A stretch of DNA of 61,436 bases, filler included, from 4 parts of 4 records of this genome joined end to end with filler, not necessarily neighbours in it, one strand, 5' to 3'; counted from the first letter of the whole stretch, positions 21,296 to 32,007 are shown. The notes: generated from the sequence alone by a model not told the origin. Made by a program: numbers and translations.

Positions 21296-21721
21296 TTATT
21301 TTTCTACTATTGAGAACATTAAGTCCGCTTGACAAACTACACAACCATCAACGATAGCTTTTCCATTAGCTTTTAATATTCTTCCACCTTTTATTTTATC
21401 AATTACTACGTCATAGATTAATTTATCTCCCGGTCTAACAGGCCTTCTGAATTTTACTTTATCAATAGACATGAAGTAAGGAACTTTATTTGATCCCGGT
21501 TCCATAACAAGTGTTCCTAATGCTTGAGCCATTCCTTCTACAATTAACACACCAGGCATAATTGGGTGTCCAGGGAAATGTCCATTAAAGAAATCTTCGT
21601 TAATAGTTACATTTTTATATCCTACAACTCTTTTTCCTTCTTCCATTTCAGTGATTCTATCTACTAATAAAAATGGGTATCTGTGTGGGATTCTTTCCAT
21701 AACTTGCATAGTATCTAACAT
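21296..21721 (-). CDS. fabZ: 3-hydroxyacyl-ACP dehydratase
   Basis: PHRYPFLLVD, GHFPGHPIMPGVL motifs. Confidence 0.97.
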   Translation of the reverse strand: MLDTMQVMERIPHRYPFLLVDRITEMEEGKRVVGYKNVTINEDFFNGHFPGHPIMPGVLIVEGMAQALGTLVMEPGSNKVPYFMSIDKVKFRRPVRPGDKLIYDVVIDKIKGGRILKANGKAIVDGCVVCQADLMFSIVEK

Positions 21722-21803
21722 ATTCTAACTCTCCTTTATAAGGCTAAGTAATTCTCACAGCTTTAAATAAAACCTGATTTAATGACTTACCTGTATATTT
21801 ATT

Positions 21804-22640
21804 TTATTTTTTTATTGATTTAAGCAGTTCATTTGCAAACTCATTATTAATTGCGTGTCCTGCTTTTATAGCTATAATATGACCTTTGATTGGTTTATTT
21901 ATAATTTTAAGATCTCCAATTAAGTCTAGTACTTTATGTCTTACGAATTCGTCTTCGAATCTAAGACCTCCCGGATTTAAAACTCCGTCTTTTGTAATAA
22001 CTATCGCATTATCTAAACTTCCACCAAGTGCTAAGTTATTTGCTTTTAGATACTCTATCTCATAGTCAAAACCAAAAGTTCTGGCTGGCGAAATATCTTT
22101 TTCAAATGTATCCTCATCAATTTCAGCTTCAAAAAGCTGTGATTTCAAAAATGAGTGATTATAGTTTACAGAGTATGTAACCTTATATCCATCATATGGA
22201 AGCCCTATTACATGTTTATCACCTTTCGATACATATACAGGTTCTGTAATTACAAGTTCCTCTGCGTCAACATCAAATTCAACCACATTTTCTTTTAATA
22301 AAGAGATAAATTTTTTCGAACTTCCATCTATTATCGGCATCTCATTACCATCTACTTCTACATAAAGGTCTGTAACTCCCATTACATATAAAGCTGACAG
22401 GAAATGCTCTATTGTATAAATAGCTGACCCATAACCATTTCTTATATTAGTTCCTCTGGTTAAGTCAAAAACATTATTAATATCAAGATTAATTATGTTT
22501 TTTCCATCTTCTAAATCTACTCTTTTAAATATTATACCTGTGTTACATGGTGCAGGTTTTAATCGAAGGATTATATCTTCTCCTTTATGAAGACCTATAC
22601 CTTTGTATTGAAGTTTTTTGCTGATAGTCTTTCTCTTCAT
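21804..22640 (-). CDS. lpxC: UDP-3-O-acyl-GlcNAc deacetylase
   Basis: GIGLHKG, TIEHFLSAL, ARTFGF, HKVLDLIGD motifs. Confidence 0.97.
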   Translation of the reverse strand: MKRKTISKKLQYKGIGLHKGEDIILRLKPAPCNTGIIFKRVDLEDGKNIINLDINNVFDLTRGTNIRNGYGSAIYTIEHFLSALYVMGVTDLYVEVDGNEMPIIDGSSKKFISLLKENVVEFDVDAEELVITEPVYVSKGDKHVIGLPYDGYKVTYSVNYNHSFLKSQLFEAEIDEDTFEKDISPARTFGFDYEIEYLKANNLALGGSLDNAIVITKDGVLNPGGLRFEDEFVRHKVLDLIGDLKIINKPIKGHIIAIKAGHAINNEFANELLKSIKK

Positions 22641-22733
22641 ACATTTTCCTTCCGTTTATTATGACTTTTACATCTTAATAACATATGTTATATAAAAATA
22701 ATTAATAAATCTATTATAGTCATTGTTGTCTCT

Positions 22734-24896
22734 TTAATCAAGCTTTTTTATAACTTTTTCAGCAATTGCAAGAGCAATTTTCTTTTCCCCGGATGGGAAT
22801 TTGATTACTACCCTTTTATTTTCTTCTATCTCTTTTACAAATCCGAATCCGAATTTTTTATGTTCTACTTTTTCTCCAACTTTATATTGAGAGTTATTGT
22901 CAGATTTAATTTTAAAAGGATTAAAGTTTTCAATGCTTGTTTTAATTTTTCTCTCAGGTTTTTTCTCAGCTTCATTTGATTTTTTATTCAAATATTCTAA
23001 GAAATGAGATGGTATCTCATCAAGGAATCTTGATCTAGGTCTAAAGTAGTCTGTTTTTCCATACATAGTTCTCTCAACAGCATGTGTTATGAAGAGTCTC
23101 ATTTCAGCTCTTGTAATCGCTACATAACAAAGTCTTCTCTCTTCTTCCAGTTCCTTTTCATCAAAAGCAACCTTGGCTCCAGGGAATATCTCTTCTTCCA
23201 TTCCTGCAAGATAAACATATGGGAATTCAAGTCCTTTTGAGTTATGTATAGTCATTAATTTAACATAATCTGTATTTTCATCAAGATCATCAGTTGCTGA
23301 TACAAGTGATACATTCTCAAGATAAGAACTTAGTGACATATGATCATCACTGGCATTTTCCTGTTCATGGATACTGTTTCTTAATTCCTCTACATTCTCT
23401 ACTCTTCCTTCATCGTCAAGTGATTCAAGGAATTTAGTTCTCTCAAGAAGTATATCAACTAATTCTGAAACATTTAAATGTTCAAATTCAGCTTCTTCTT
23501 TTAAGTCTTTAATTAATTTATAAAAATTTGTAATTGATATTTTCGTTGCTGCTCTGATACCAGCTATTGTCTCAACTTCTTTAAGTGTTTCTAACAAAGT
23601 TAACTGTTTCTCATTTTGAAGCTCTCTAAGTTTTGCAACTGTTCTATCTCCAATTTTTCTGTTAGGAACATTGATAACTCTAAGTAAGCTGTGATCATCA
23701 TTTGGATTATTGATTAATGCAAGATATGCTAATACATCTTTAACTTCTTTTCTTGAATAGAACTGCATTCCACCAAAAATTTTATAAGGAATATTTTGTT
23801 GTAAGAATATCTCCTCAAAAATTCTCGACTGAGCATTTGTTCTATAAAGAATCGTCTGCTCTTTATATTTAGCGCCTTTTTTATGAGCTTTAATCATCTC
23901 CATACAGATCATTGTAGCTTCATCATACGCGTTTTTTGCTTCATAAATTTGTATTAGAGAACCTTCTTTTTTCTCTGTCCAAAGCTTTTTACCTTTTGAA
24001 GTAGTGTTATTTTTAATTACACTGTTTGCAGCGTTAAGGATATTCGCTGTCGATCTGTAATTCTGCTCTAATTTAATAGTAGTTGCATCAGTATAGTCTT
24101 TTTCGAAATCTAATATATTTTTGATATCAGCTCCTCTGAAGCCGTAAATACTCTGATCTTCATCTCCAACTACACATAAATTTCTATATTTCATTGCTAT
24201 TTTTTTAATAATATTATATTGAATATGATTAGTATCCTGATACTCATCAACCATTACATATCTATATCTATCTTGAATTTTTTCTAAAATTTCTTTATCA
24301 TCTAAAAGTTTATCTGTATAAATTAGTAAATCAGAAAAATCCATCGAGTTATTACTTTTTAACTCAGCTTGATATTTTCTGTAAACTTCAACTACCAGTT
24401 TAGCATTATCAAAGAAACCACTCTTTTTCTCATAATCTGCCGGTGATTCACCGTTTTCTTTTAATTTACTGATCTTTGAGACAATATTTTTTGGAGTCAA
24501 ATCTGTTTTTATAGCTAACTCTTTTAGAATTCTTTTAACAATTCTTACCTGATCATCAGAATCATATATATTGAAGTTCGAATCATAGCCTATATGCTTT
24601 GCATACATTCTAAGTAATCTGACACCAAATGAATGGAAAGTTGATACAAGTACTTTTCCGGCATCTTCACCGATTAAGTTCTCAACTCTTTCTTTCATCT
24701 CTTTTGCTGCTTTATTTGTAAATGTTACTGCTAATATATGATATGGAGAAACTTCTCTCTCCTGTACCATATGAGCTATTCTATATGTAACTGTTCTCGT
24801 TTTTCCACTTCCGGCACCAGCTAATATCAAAAGTGGTCCATTTATAATTCTCGCTGCTTCTTTTTGATTGTTGTTTAGTTGATTCAGTATCGACAT
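22734..24896 (-). CDS. pcrA: SF1 DNA helicase PcrA/UvrD
   Basis: AGAGSGKT, DEYQD, NYRST, EEERRLCYVAITRA motifs. Confidence 0.95.
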   Translation of the reverse strand: MSILNQLNNNQKEAARIINGPLLILAGAGSGKTRTVTYRIAHMVQEREVSPYHILAVTFTNKAAKEMKERVENLIGEDAGKVLVSTFHSFGVRLLRMYAKHIGYDSNFNIYDSDDQVRIVKRILKELAIKTDLTPKNIVSKISKLKENGESPADYEKKSGFFDNAKLVVEVYRKYQAELKSNNSMDFSDLLIYTDKLLDDKEILEKIQDRYRYVMVDEYQDTNHIQYNIIKKIAMKYRNLCVVGDEDQSIYGFRGADIKNILDFEKDYTDATTIKLEQNYRSTANILNAANSVIKNNTTSKGKKLWTEKKEGSLIQIYEAKNAYDEATMICMEMIKAHKKGAKYKEQTILYRTNAQSRIFEEIFLQQNIPYKIFGGMQFYSRKEVKDVLAYLALINNPNDDHSLLRVINVPNRKIGDRTVAKLRELQNEKQLTLLETLKEVETIAGIRAATKISITNFYKLIKDLKEEAEFEHLNVSELVDILLERTKFLESLDDEGRVENVEELRNSIHEQENASDDHMSLSSYLENVSLVSATDDLDENTDYVKLMTIHNSKGLEFPYVYLAGMEEEIFPGAKVAFDEKELEEERRLCYVAITRAEMRLFITHAVERTMYGKTDYFRPRSRFLDEIPSHFLEYLNKKSNEAEKKPERKIKTSIENFNPFKIKSDNNSQYKVGEKVEHKKFGFGFVKEIEENKRVVIKFPSGEKKIALAIAEKVIKKLD

Positions 24897-25031
24897 TAAA
24901 TACTCCTTGTCATTTTATTTACTTTTTAGCATTAACTTGATTTATTCAATCAATTTATAGTTCACTACACACTTTATTCTGTTACACTTTTTCGCATATT
25001 ATATCATAATTCACAGGCCTTTTCAAGGAAG

Positions 25032-26270
25032 CTAATTCATATCCGGATCAATATGAATAGTAACATTCTCTATCTCAGGATATTTATTTAGTATCCCTAA
25101 TTTAATATCATCTGACAAATCATGAGCTTGTAATACTTTCATATTTTTATCCACTCTTACGTGAAAAGATAAATATATTTTATCTCCTGAATATTTTAAT
25201 AAAATATCATGAATATTTGAAATTTCATCAAACTGCGATGCAAAGTCATAAACTTCTTTAATAACCTCTTTATCTTGTTTATCCATAATTTTATTTGATG
25301 TTTCAAATATTACACTTAGTCCCTCTTTACCGATTATTACAGCTACAACCGCACCGGTAAGTACATCAAATATCGGGTGAATATAGATAGATAAAACTAT
25401 TCCGATTAATACTCCAAGTGTAGAGATTACATCACTTTTATGATCTCTGGCATCTGCTATTATTGCATCATTTTTTAGCCTTTTACCTAATTTATCTTTA
25501 TATAGAAAAAGAATAAATTTAATAACTATCGATATTCCTGCTATTATCAGTGTAAAACTATCGGGAATTTCAAAATTTTCATGCCCGAAAATACTTTTTA
25601 CTATATCTAGTATTAATTCAAAAGCAGTAAACAGCAGCAGTACCCCTACCATTATTCCTGCTATACTCTCAGCCTTACCATGCCCATAAGGATGATCATC
25701 ATCAGCCGGTTTACTTCCTATCATTATACTGAAGATAATCACAACCGAACTAAGCACGTCTGACATCGAATGAAATCCATCGGCTATTAGCGCTTTACTG
25801 TTTCCAATTATTCCGAAGAATATTTTTATTATTGTTAAAAATATATTAACAACTATTGAAATATACGTACCTGCAAGACCTTGATCTCTTCTGATTTTTT
25901 CTTTCAGAATATTTTTAAGAACTAATTCATTATTTTCTTCTATAAAAGCATTTTTCAAGAAAAATTTATCACAACTTTTAGTTTTCTTCACATAAAGCTC
26001 AGAAATTTTATCATCAGCCATATAATTAACTACTTGCTGTAACAAATCTCTACCTATTGATTTAAATCTCAGATCAGCTTTTACAAAAAAATCATTTATA
26101 TATTTTTTTTCATTTCTATCTACAACTTCAATATATGCTAATACTTTTTTCTCTTCAACCCTTACGAAGTATTTTGATTTTTCGTTCCAAGCGAAGTTTT
26201 TATTAATCTCCTGTATTCTAATCACATATTTTTCTCTATCACTACTGGAACCACTTACAACTCTGTACAT
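25032..26270 (-). CDS. Cation diffusion facilitator (FieF-like) with an N-terminal GNAT-like domain
   Basis: ADGFHSMSD, HPYGHGKAE, DHKSD. N-terminal ~125 aa contain FFVKADLRFKSIGRDLL, resembling GNAT motif A. Confidence 0.85.
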   Translation of the reverse strand: MYRVVSGSSSDREKYVIRIQEINKNFAWNEKSKYFVRVEEKKVLAYIEVVDRNEKKYINDFFVKADLRFKSIGRDLLQQVVNYMADDKISELYVKKTKSCDKFFLKNAFIEENNELVLKNILKEKIRRDQGLAGTYISIVVNIFLTIIKIFFGIIGNSKALIADGFHSMSDVLSSVVIIFSIMIGSKPADDDHPYGHGKAESIAGIMVGVLLLFTAFELILDIVKSIFGHENFEIPDSFTLIIAGISIVIKFILFLYKDKLGKRLKNDAIIADARDHKSDVISTLGVLIGIVLSIYIHPIFDVLTGAVVAVIIGKEGLSVIFETSNKIMDKQDKEVIKEVYDFASQFDEISNIHDILLKYSGDKIYLSFHVRVDKNMKVLQAHDLSDDIKLGILNKYPEIENVTIHIDPDMN

Positions 26271-26340
26271 TATCTTCTCCTCGTTAGATTTATGATGTTT
26301 TTTAACTCTTTATATTATAACGTAATTGCTGTTTTTTTAC

Positions 26341-26369
26341 AAAAAAAATAGCAGACCATAAGGCCTGCA
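26341..26369 (-). terminator. Intrinsic terminator
   Basis: Minus strand reads GCAGGCC-ttat-GGTCTGC followed by a T-run. Confidence 0.7.
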
Positions 26370-26373
26370 TTTA

Positions 26374-26844
26374 TTAATTTAGTGTCAATCCCATAATTAA
26401 CTGAATTTCATTTAAAGATTTTCCTGTTTTATCAGCAATTTCCCTAATTGAGTAACCTTGTTTGTAATAATCAATAATTACTTTTTCAAGATATTGTGGT
26501 TCTGGTTTTTGTTCAACAGGTGGGTTAATTTCGATTCTGTTCATTTTATCAAGAGTATTTTCGAGAATCTGATTTAAAGATGCTCCCTCTTTAATTTTAT
26601 TCTCCAAATGTATTTTAGCTTTATTAAGCTCACGCATTTTTTGATCTAAGTTTGTAACTTCTGATTCTGCACTTTTTTTAAATTCATCTTTTAATTCTAA
26701 GATATCGTTTCTAAGATCTCTATATTCTAACTCCTGGTCTTTTAAAATATCTATTCTTTCATCAACTTTTCTTCGAATAAGAAACATCGATATAAGAGAA
26801 AGAACAATAATAATTACACCCGAAGCTATGATAATTTTATCCAT
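26374..26844 (-). CDS. Membrane-anchored coiled-coil protein with C-terminal HTH (DUF6115-like)
   Basis: N-terminal TM helix, coiled coil, GYSIREIADKTGKSLNEIQLI. Confidence 0.6.
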   Translation of the reverse strand: MDKIIIASGVIIIVLSLISMFLIRRKVDERIDILKDQELEYRDLRNDILELKDEFKKSAESEVTNLDQKMRELNKAKIHLENKIKEGASLNQILENTLDKMNRIEINPPVEQKPEPQYLEKVIIDYYKQGYSIREIADKTGKSLNEIQLIMGLTLN

Positions 26845-27013
26845 TTTCTATCGACTCCTTAAGATATAAAACAAAACTCCAAAGTTTAAATTTTTTACAA
26901 AAAAGTAAAAAGGGCCACACACCGACCCTTGAAACAGACCAACCAAGCGATACAATAAAAAATAACTCAAACAAGGCTACCCTAAGACACCCGAAGAAAA
27001 ACAACTTAGTGCT

Positions 27014-27113
27014 NNNNNNNNNNNNNNNNNNNNNNNNNNNNNNNNNNNNNNNNNNNNTTAATTAATTAANNNNNNNNNNNNNNNNNNNNNNNNNNNNNNN
27101 NNNNNNNNNNNNN
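27014..27113. other. Artificial contig linker
   Basis: N44-TTAATTAATTAA-N44, which gives stop codons in all six frames. Confidence 0.99.
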
Positions 27114-27114
27114 A

Positions 27115-28812
27115 GCGCATTGTATTTCGGTTTGGGGACATGATTTTCGTCCTGAGTACGCTAAAATGTCTTATCTGAAGAAGCAATTCCCGCATGTACC
27201 AGTAATTGCTTTAACCGCTACAGCAGATAACTTAACGCAAAAAGACATTGTTAGTCAGTTGAATTTAGAAAATCCTGAGAAATTTATTTCTTCCTTCGAC
27301 AGACCAAATTTGAGTTTGACTGTTGCTCCGGGAAGAGACAAGTTTAAATCGATATTAGGATTTTTAAGACAACGTCCGCATCAATCCGGAATTATCTATT
27401 GTTTGAGCAGAAAGGCAACCGAAGGCTTAGCTGAGAAATTGAGAAATGCAGGTATTAATGCAGCTCATTATCATGCAGGCTTATCACCTGATGAACGTAC
27501 CCGTAGGCAAGAGGATTTTATTAATGATGAAGTACCTATAATTTGTGCGACCATTGCATTTGGAATGGGGATTGATAAGTCAAATGTTCGTTGGGTAATT
27601 CATTACAATTTACCACGAAATATCGAGTCGTATTATCAGGAAATTGGTCGTGCGGGTAGAGATGGTTTAAAAGCGGACACCTTGTTGTTTTATAGTTTTT
27701 CGGATGTAATTGTGCATAGAAGATTTATTGAGGAATCAGCTCTTAAGGAAGTTTCGAACGCCAAATTGGAAAGAATACAACAATTCTGCGATGCCCAAAA
27801 TTGCAGAAGAAAAATACTCTTAAGTTATTTTGGAGAACATTTAGAAGAGGATTGTGGCAATTGTGATGTCTGTAAAAATCCACCTCGATTATTCGATGGT
27901 ACCATAATTGCACAAAAAGCATTTTCAGCAATTGTACGTTTGAAAGAACAAGTCGCTGCAGGAACTTTAATTGATGTTCTAAGAGGTTCGTCTCGTCAGG
28001 AAATTATTAATAAAGGATACAATAAAATCAAGACATATGGTGCTGGAAAAGATATAGCCCATTCCGACTGGCAACAATATCTACTTCAGTTGTTAAATCT
28101 TGGATTTATATCTGTTGCATACGAAAATGGGAATGCTTTAAAGTTAACTGAACAGGGAAAAGAAGTTCTGTTTGGTGAACGAATAGTGAATTTGGTTCAT
28201 CTGGCTTCGATGAAATCTGAACCTGAAGTAAAACCAATTGCAAAAACTGAAAAGCAAGTAGCCAGAGAAGGATTGTTTGAGGCATTGAGAAAACTGAGAC
28301 TTCAGATATCTCGTAATGAAAATATTGCTCCATATCTGGTTTTTTCAGATGCAACTCTGCAGCAAATGGCTCAGGAAGAGCCTACAAGTGAGTTCGAGAT
28401 GAAATTGATATCCGGCGTGGGAGTTAGAAAGTACCAATTGTATGGTGAGCTATTCATAAATGAAATATTGGAATATGCTCAAAATAAGAATAGGGAAGCA
28501 AAAAAGAGTGGTGAATCTTTCTATAAAACATATGAATACTATAAACAAGGTTTCTCGGTTGACGAAATTGCAAGTATTCGAAAGGTAAATCCAGTCACCA
28601 TTTATTCTCATTTGGCATCACTTTATGAAAAGGGTGCTGATGTAGATCTTTCAGAGTTTTTCTCCTCTTCAGAATTAGAACGAATTGGTAATGCTTCTCG
28701 CTCTTTAAATTACACTGAAAATATAAAAGAACTTTATCTTTATATGGATGAGGAGATAGAGTATTATAAAATTCGATTGGCAATATCTTATCTGAAAGTA
28801 GTTTCATCTTGA
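27115..28812 (+). CDS. recQ: DNA helicase RecQ (5'-partial)
   Basis: The frame is open from the contig edge (AHCISVWGHDFRPEY). ALTATA, QEIGRAGRDG, Zn/RQC, HRDC and C-terminal HTH are present. Confidence 0.96.
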   Translation, partial: AHCISVWGHDFRPEYAKMSYLKKQFPHVPVIALTATADNLTQKDIVSQLNLENPEKFISSFDRPNLSLTVAPGRDKFKSILGFLRQRPHQSGIIYCLSRKATEGLAEKLRNAGINAAHYHAGLSPDERTRRQEDFINDEVPIICATIAFGMGIDKSNVRWVIHYNLPRNIESYYQEIGRAGRDGLKADTLLFYSFSDVIVHRRFIEESALKEVSNAKLERIQQFCDAQNCRRKILLSYFGEHLEEDCGNCDVCKNPPRLFDGTIIAQKAFSAIVRLKEQVAAGTLIDVLRGSSRQEIINKGYNKIKTYGAGKDIAHSDWQQYLLQLLNLGFISVAYENGNALKLTEQGKEVLFGERIVNLVHLASMKSEPEVKPIAKTEKQVAREGLFEALRKLRLQISRNENIAPYLVFSDATLQQMAQEEPTSEFEMKLISGVGVRKYQLYGELFINEILEYAQNKNREAKKSGESFYKTYEYYKQGFSVDEIASIRKVNPVTIYSHLASLYEKGADVDLSEFFSSSELERIGNASRSLNYTENIKELYLYMDEEIEYYKIRLAISYLKVVSS

Positions 28813-28964
28813 AATAATAGGATTTAATCGTAAACGAAAGCTTCGTATCGAAAAATAATTGATTGCTTAAATGTTTTTGTTAAATTAGGAGTTGGTTCAA
28901 TTGAATCGGGTCATCGAATTTTTTTGATGATTTTTAACCTACACCTATAAATGATTTACAAAAC

Positions 28965-31082
28965 ATGAAAGTGAGAACAATATTAAGTTTGGCTGCCCTT
29001 GGTATTATGGCAGTTGCTTGTAATCAAAAGGCAAATTTGCCTGATGCTCCTGATGCAAAGAAAATAGCAAAGGAACTAACAATTCACAACGATACTCGAG
29101 TTGATAACTACTATTGGTTAAATCAGAGAGAGGATTCTGCAGTTATCAATTATTTGACGGCTGAAAATGAGTATACCGATGCCGTAATGAAACATACTAA
29201 CGAATTTCAAACGAAGCTGTTTGATGAAATGGTTGCTCGAATCAAAAAAACAGATGAATCCGTTCCTGCAAAATCGAATGGATATTTCTATTACAGCAGA
29301 ACGGAAGGTGATGCTGAATATCCTCTCTATTGTCGCAAAAAGGAAAGTTTAGAAGCCAAAGAGCAAATCATGTTGAATGTTCCAGAGATGGCAAAAGGAT
29401 ATAGCTATTTTAGTATTGGTGATTACTCGGTTAGCGAGAACAATAAGATATTAGCCTATTCAGAGGATACTTTAAGCCGTAGAAAGTATACAATTAAGTT
29501 TAAAAGTTTGGTGGACGATACTGTTTACGAAGATGAGATTGGAAACACTACAGGAGGCATTACATGGGCAAATGATAACAAGACAATTTTTTATACAACT
29601 AAACATCCTGAAACATTATTGCCTTATAAGGTTTATAAACATGTTCTAGGTACATCTTCAGATAAAGATGAATTGGTTTACGAAGAAGAAGACAACACTT
29701 TTTATACTTTCTGTTATAAAACGAAATCAAGAAAGTACATTATGATTGGTGTAAGTAGTACAGTTTCTTCGGAATATAGATTTATTGATGCTGATAAACC
29801 GAATAGTAAGTTTAAAGTTTTTCAGGCTAGAGAAAGAGATTTAGAGTATGGAGTATCTCATTATAAAGATCATTTTTATATCAGGACCAATTATCAGGCG
29901 AAGAATTTTCGTTTAATGAAAACTCCGATTAATAAAACGCAAAAGAAAAATTGGATTGAGATGATTCCAAATCGTGATGATGTTTTCTTGAGTAGTTTTG
30001 AGATTTTCCGTAATTATCTTGTGATTAGTGAAAGAAAGAATGGTTTGAATCAATTAAGAATCAGAAATTGGGATACGAATAAAGAGCATTATCTTGATTT
30101 TGGTGAAGAAACCTATAGTGCTTGGATTTCAAACAATCCTGAATTTGAAACCGATGTGTTACGATATGGATATACTTCATTAACAACTCCAACTTCCACT
30201 ATTGATTACAATATGGGCACCAAGGAGAAAACGGTTTTGAAGCAGCAGGAAATTCTTGGTGAATTTAATAAGGATAATTACGAAGCTAAGCGTACATGGG
30301 CTATTGCTGATGATGGTACCAAAGTGCCAATTTCTTTAGTGTATCGTAAAGATAAATTTAAGAAAGGTAGCAATCCACTTTGGTTATCTGCTTATGGATC
30401 TTATGGATCAAGTTCTGATGTTTATTTTAGTTCTGTTAGATTAAGTCTTTTAGACAGAGGTTTTGTTGTTGCAACAGCACACGTAAGAGGTGGACAGGAA
30501 ATGGGGCGCTATTGGTATGAAGACGGTAAACTATTGAAAAAGAAAAATACATTTACCGATTTTAACAGGTGTACCGAACATATGGTTGCAGAAGGATATG
30601 CAGCAAAAGATAAGGTATTTGCCTGGGGTGGAAGCGCCGGAGGATTATTAATGGGCGCAATTGTTAACATGCAACCGGAATTGTACAAAGGTGTAATTGC
30701 CGCTGTTCCTTTTGTTGATGTGGTAACTACCATGCTTGATGAGTCAATTCCGTTGACTACTGGGGAATTTGATGAGTGGGGAAATCCTAAGAACAAGGAA
30801 TATTACGATTATATGTTGTCCTATTCTCCATACGATAATGTGAAAAATCAAGATTATCCTGCAATGTTAGTAACTACAGGATTACACGATTCGCAAGTGC
30901 AATACTGGGAACCTGCAAAGTGGGTTGCCAAATTAAGAGATATGAAGACGGATAAAAATCCTTTATTACTGAAAACCAATATGGATTTTGGTCATGGAGG
31001 AGCTTCTGGGAGATTTGAAAGACTGCATGAAGCAGCTTTGGAATATGCTTTCGTATTGGATCTTGCAGGAATAAATGAATAA
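28965..31082 (+). CDS. ptrB: Oligopeptidase B (S9A), lipoprotein
   Basis: Lipobox AVAC, DNYYWL, GGSAGG, HDSQV, GHGGASGR motifs. Confidence 0.93.
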   Translation: MKVRTILSLAALGIMAVACNQKANLPDAPDAKKIAKELTIHNDTRVDNYYWLNQREDSAVINYLTAENEYTDAVMKHTNEFQTKLFDEMVARIKKTDESVPAKSNGYFYYSRTEGDAEYPLYCRKKESLEAKEQIMLNVPEMAKGYSYFSIGDYSVSENNKILAYSEDTLSRRKYTIKFKSLVDDTVYEDEIGNTTGGITWANDNKTIFYTTKHPETLLPYKVYKHVLGTSSDKDELVYEEEDNTFYTFCYKTKSRKYIMIGVSSTVSSEYRFIDADKPNSKFKVFQARERDLEYGVSHYKDHFYIRTNYQAKNFRLMKTPINKTQKKNWIEMIPNRDDVFLSSFEIFRNYLVISERKNGLNQLRIRNWDTNKEHYLDFGEETYSAWISNNPEFETDVLRYGYTSLTTPTSTIDYNMGTKEKTVLKQQEILGEFNKDNYEAKRTWAIADDGTKVPISLVYRKDKFKKGSNPLWLSAYGSYGSSSDVYFSSVRLSLLDRGFVVATAHVRGGQEMGRYWYEDGKLLKKKNTFTDFNRCTEHMVAEGYAAKDKVFAWGGSAGGLLMGAIVNMQPELYKGVIAAVPFVDVVTTMLDESIPLTTGEFDEWGNPKNKEYYDYMLSYSPYDNVKNQDYPAMLVTTGLHDSQVQYWEPAKWVAKLRDMKTDKNPLLLKTNMDFGHGGASGRFERLHEAALEYAFVLDLAGINE

Positions 31083-31102
31083 TAAATTGACAAATGTTTA
31101 AT

Positions 31103-31130
31103 TAAGGCACCCTTTTTGGGTGCTTTTTTT
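31103..31130 (+). terminator. Intrinsic terminator
   Basis: GGCACCC-ttttt-GGGTGCT followed by a T-run. Confidence 0.8.
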
Positions 31131-31175
31131 GTATATTTAAATCTATTAGGAGACTTTAAAGACGCTATTACTACA

Positions 31176-31943
31176 ATGATTCGAACTTTAATTATAGATG
31201 ATGAAATGAAGAGTCAATCCACTCTTCATAAACTTTTGGAAAGGTACTGTGAAGGTATTGAGGTGATTGGATTTGCAAATAACGTTAAAACCGGGATTGA
31301 AGCAATTAATAATTTAAAGCCGAATTTGGTTTTTTTAGATATTTCTATGCCTGATGGTGATGGGTTTGAGGTATTGCAAAATGTGCAGGAACGCAACTTC
31401 GAAGTTGTTTTTACAACGGCATTTAATGATTATGCCATAAAGGCTTTTCAATATTCAGCCATACACTACCTTCTAAAGCCAATCAATTATTTAGAATTGC
31501 AGGACGCTGTAAAAAGGTATAAGGAAAACCATAAGGATATTGATTTGAATGAGAAAATTCAAGTTTTATACGATAGTTTAAATAACCTTCATAAGAAAAT
31601 AGTTCTTCCTACATCTAATGGCTTGAAAATGGTTGAGCTTGATCAGATTATCTATTGTTGTGCCGACGGAAGTTATACCAATTTTTATTTGAAAGGTGAT
31701 GATGTTGTTATGGTTTCTAAAGCTCTTTCAAAGTTTGAAGAAATTCTACCATCTGATAGTTTTTGTAGAGTTCATAGCAAATATCTGGTCAATTTGAATT
31801 ACGTAAAACAGTACGTTAAAGGACGTGGAGGTAAAGTTTTACTAGCTAACGGTAAAGAATTAGATGTATCAGAAGGGAAAAAAGCTGAATTTCTAAAGAA
31901 CTTAAAGAATATTGCTCATTTTCTTCCAAATTCGGGTAAATAG
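31176..31943 (+). CDS. LytTR-family response regulator (likely ATG at 31176)
   Basis: IIDDE, FLDISMP, YLLKP receiver domain. FCRVHSKYLVN LytTR domain. Confidence 0.93.
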   Translation: MIRTLIIDDEMKSQSTLHKLLERYCEGIEVIGFANNVKTGIEAINNLKPNLVFLDISMPDGDGFEVLQNVQERNFEVVFTTAFNDYAIKAFQYSAIHYLLKPINYLELQDAVKRYKENHKDIDLNEKIQVLYDSLNNLHKKIVLPTSNGLKMVELDQIIYCCADGSYTNFYLKGDDVVMVSKALSKFEEILPSDSFCRVHSKYLVNLNYVKQYVKGRGGKVLLANGKELDVSEGKKAEFLKNLKNIAHFLPNSGK

Positions 31944-31946
31944 AAA

Positions 31947-32007
31947 TACGCAATTACAAACTCAAATTACGTAATCGGAAATTGGTATGTTGAAACGGGC
32001 AATTGGT
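31947..32007. promoter_or_regulatory. Putative LytTR operator: two pairs of direct repeats, each 21 bp apart
   Basis: TACGCAAT at 31947 and TACGTAAT at 31968. GGAAATTGGT at 31977 and GGCAATTGGT at 31998. Confidence 0.55.

Noticed and set aside
27058-27069. TTAATTAATTAA occurring three times as a biological repeat
   Set aside because: It is a synthetic linker inside the N runs.
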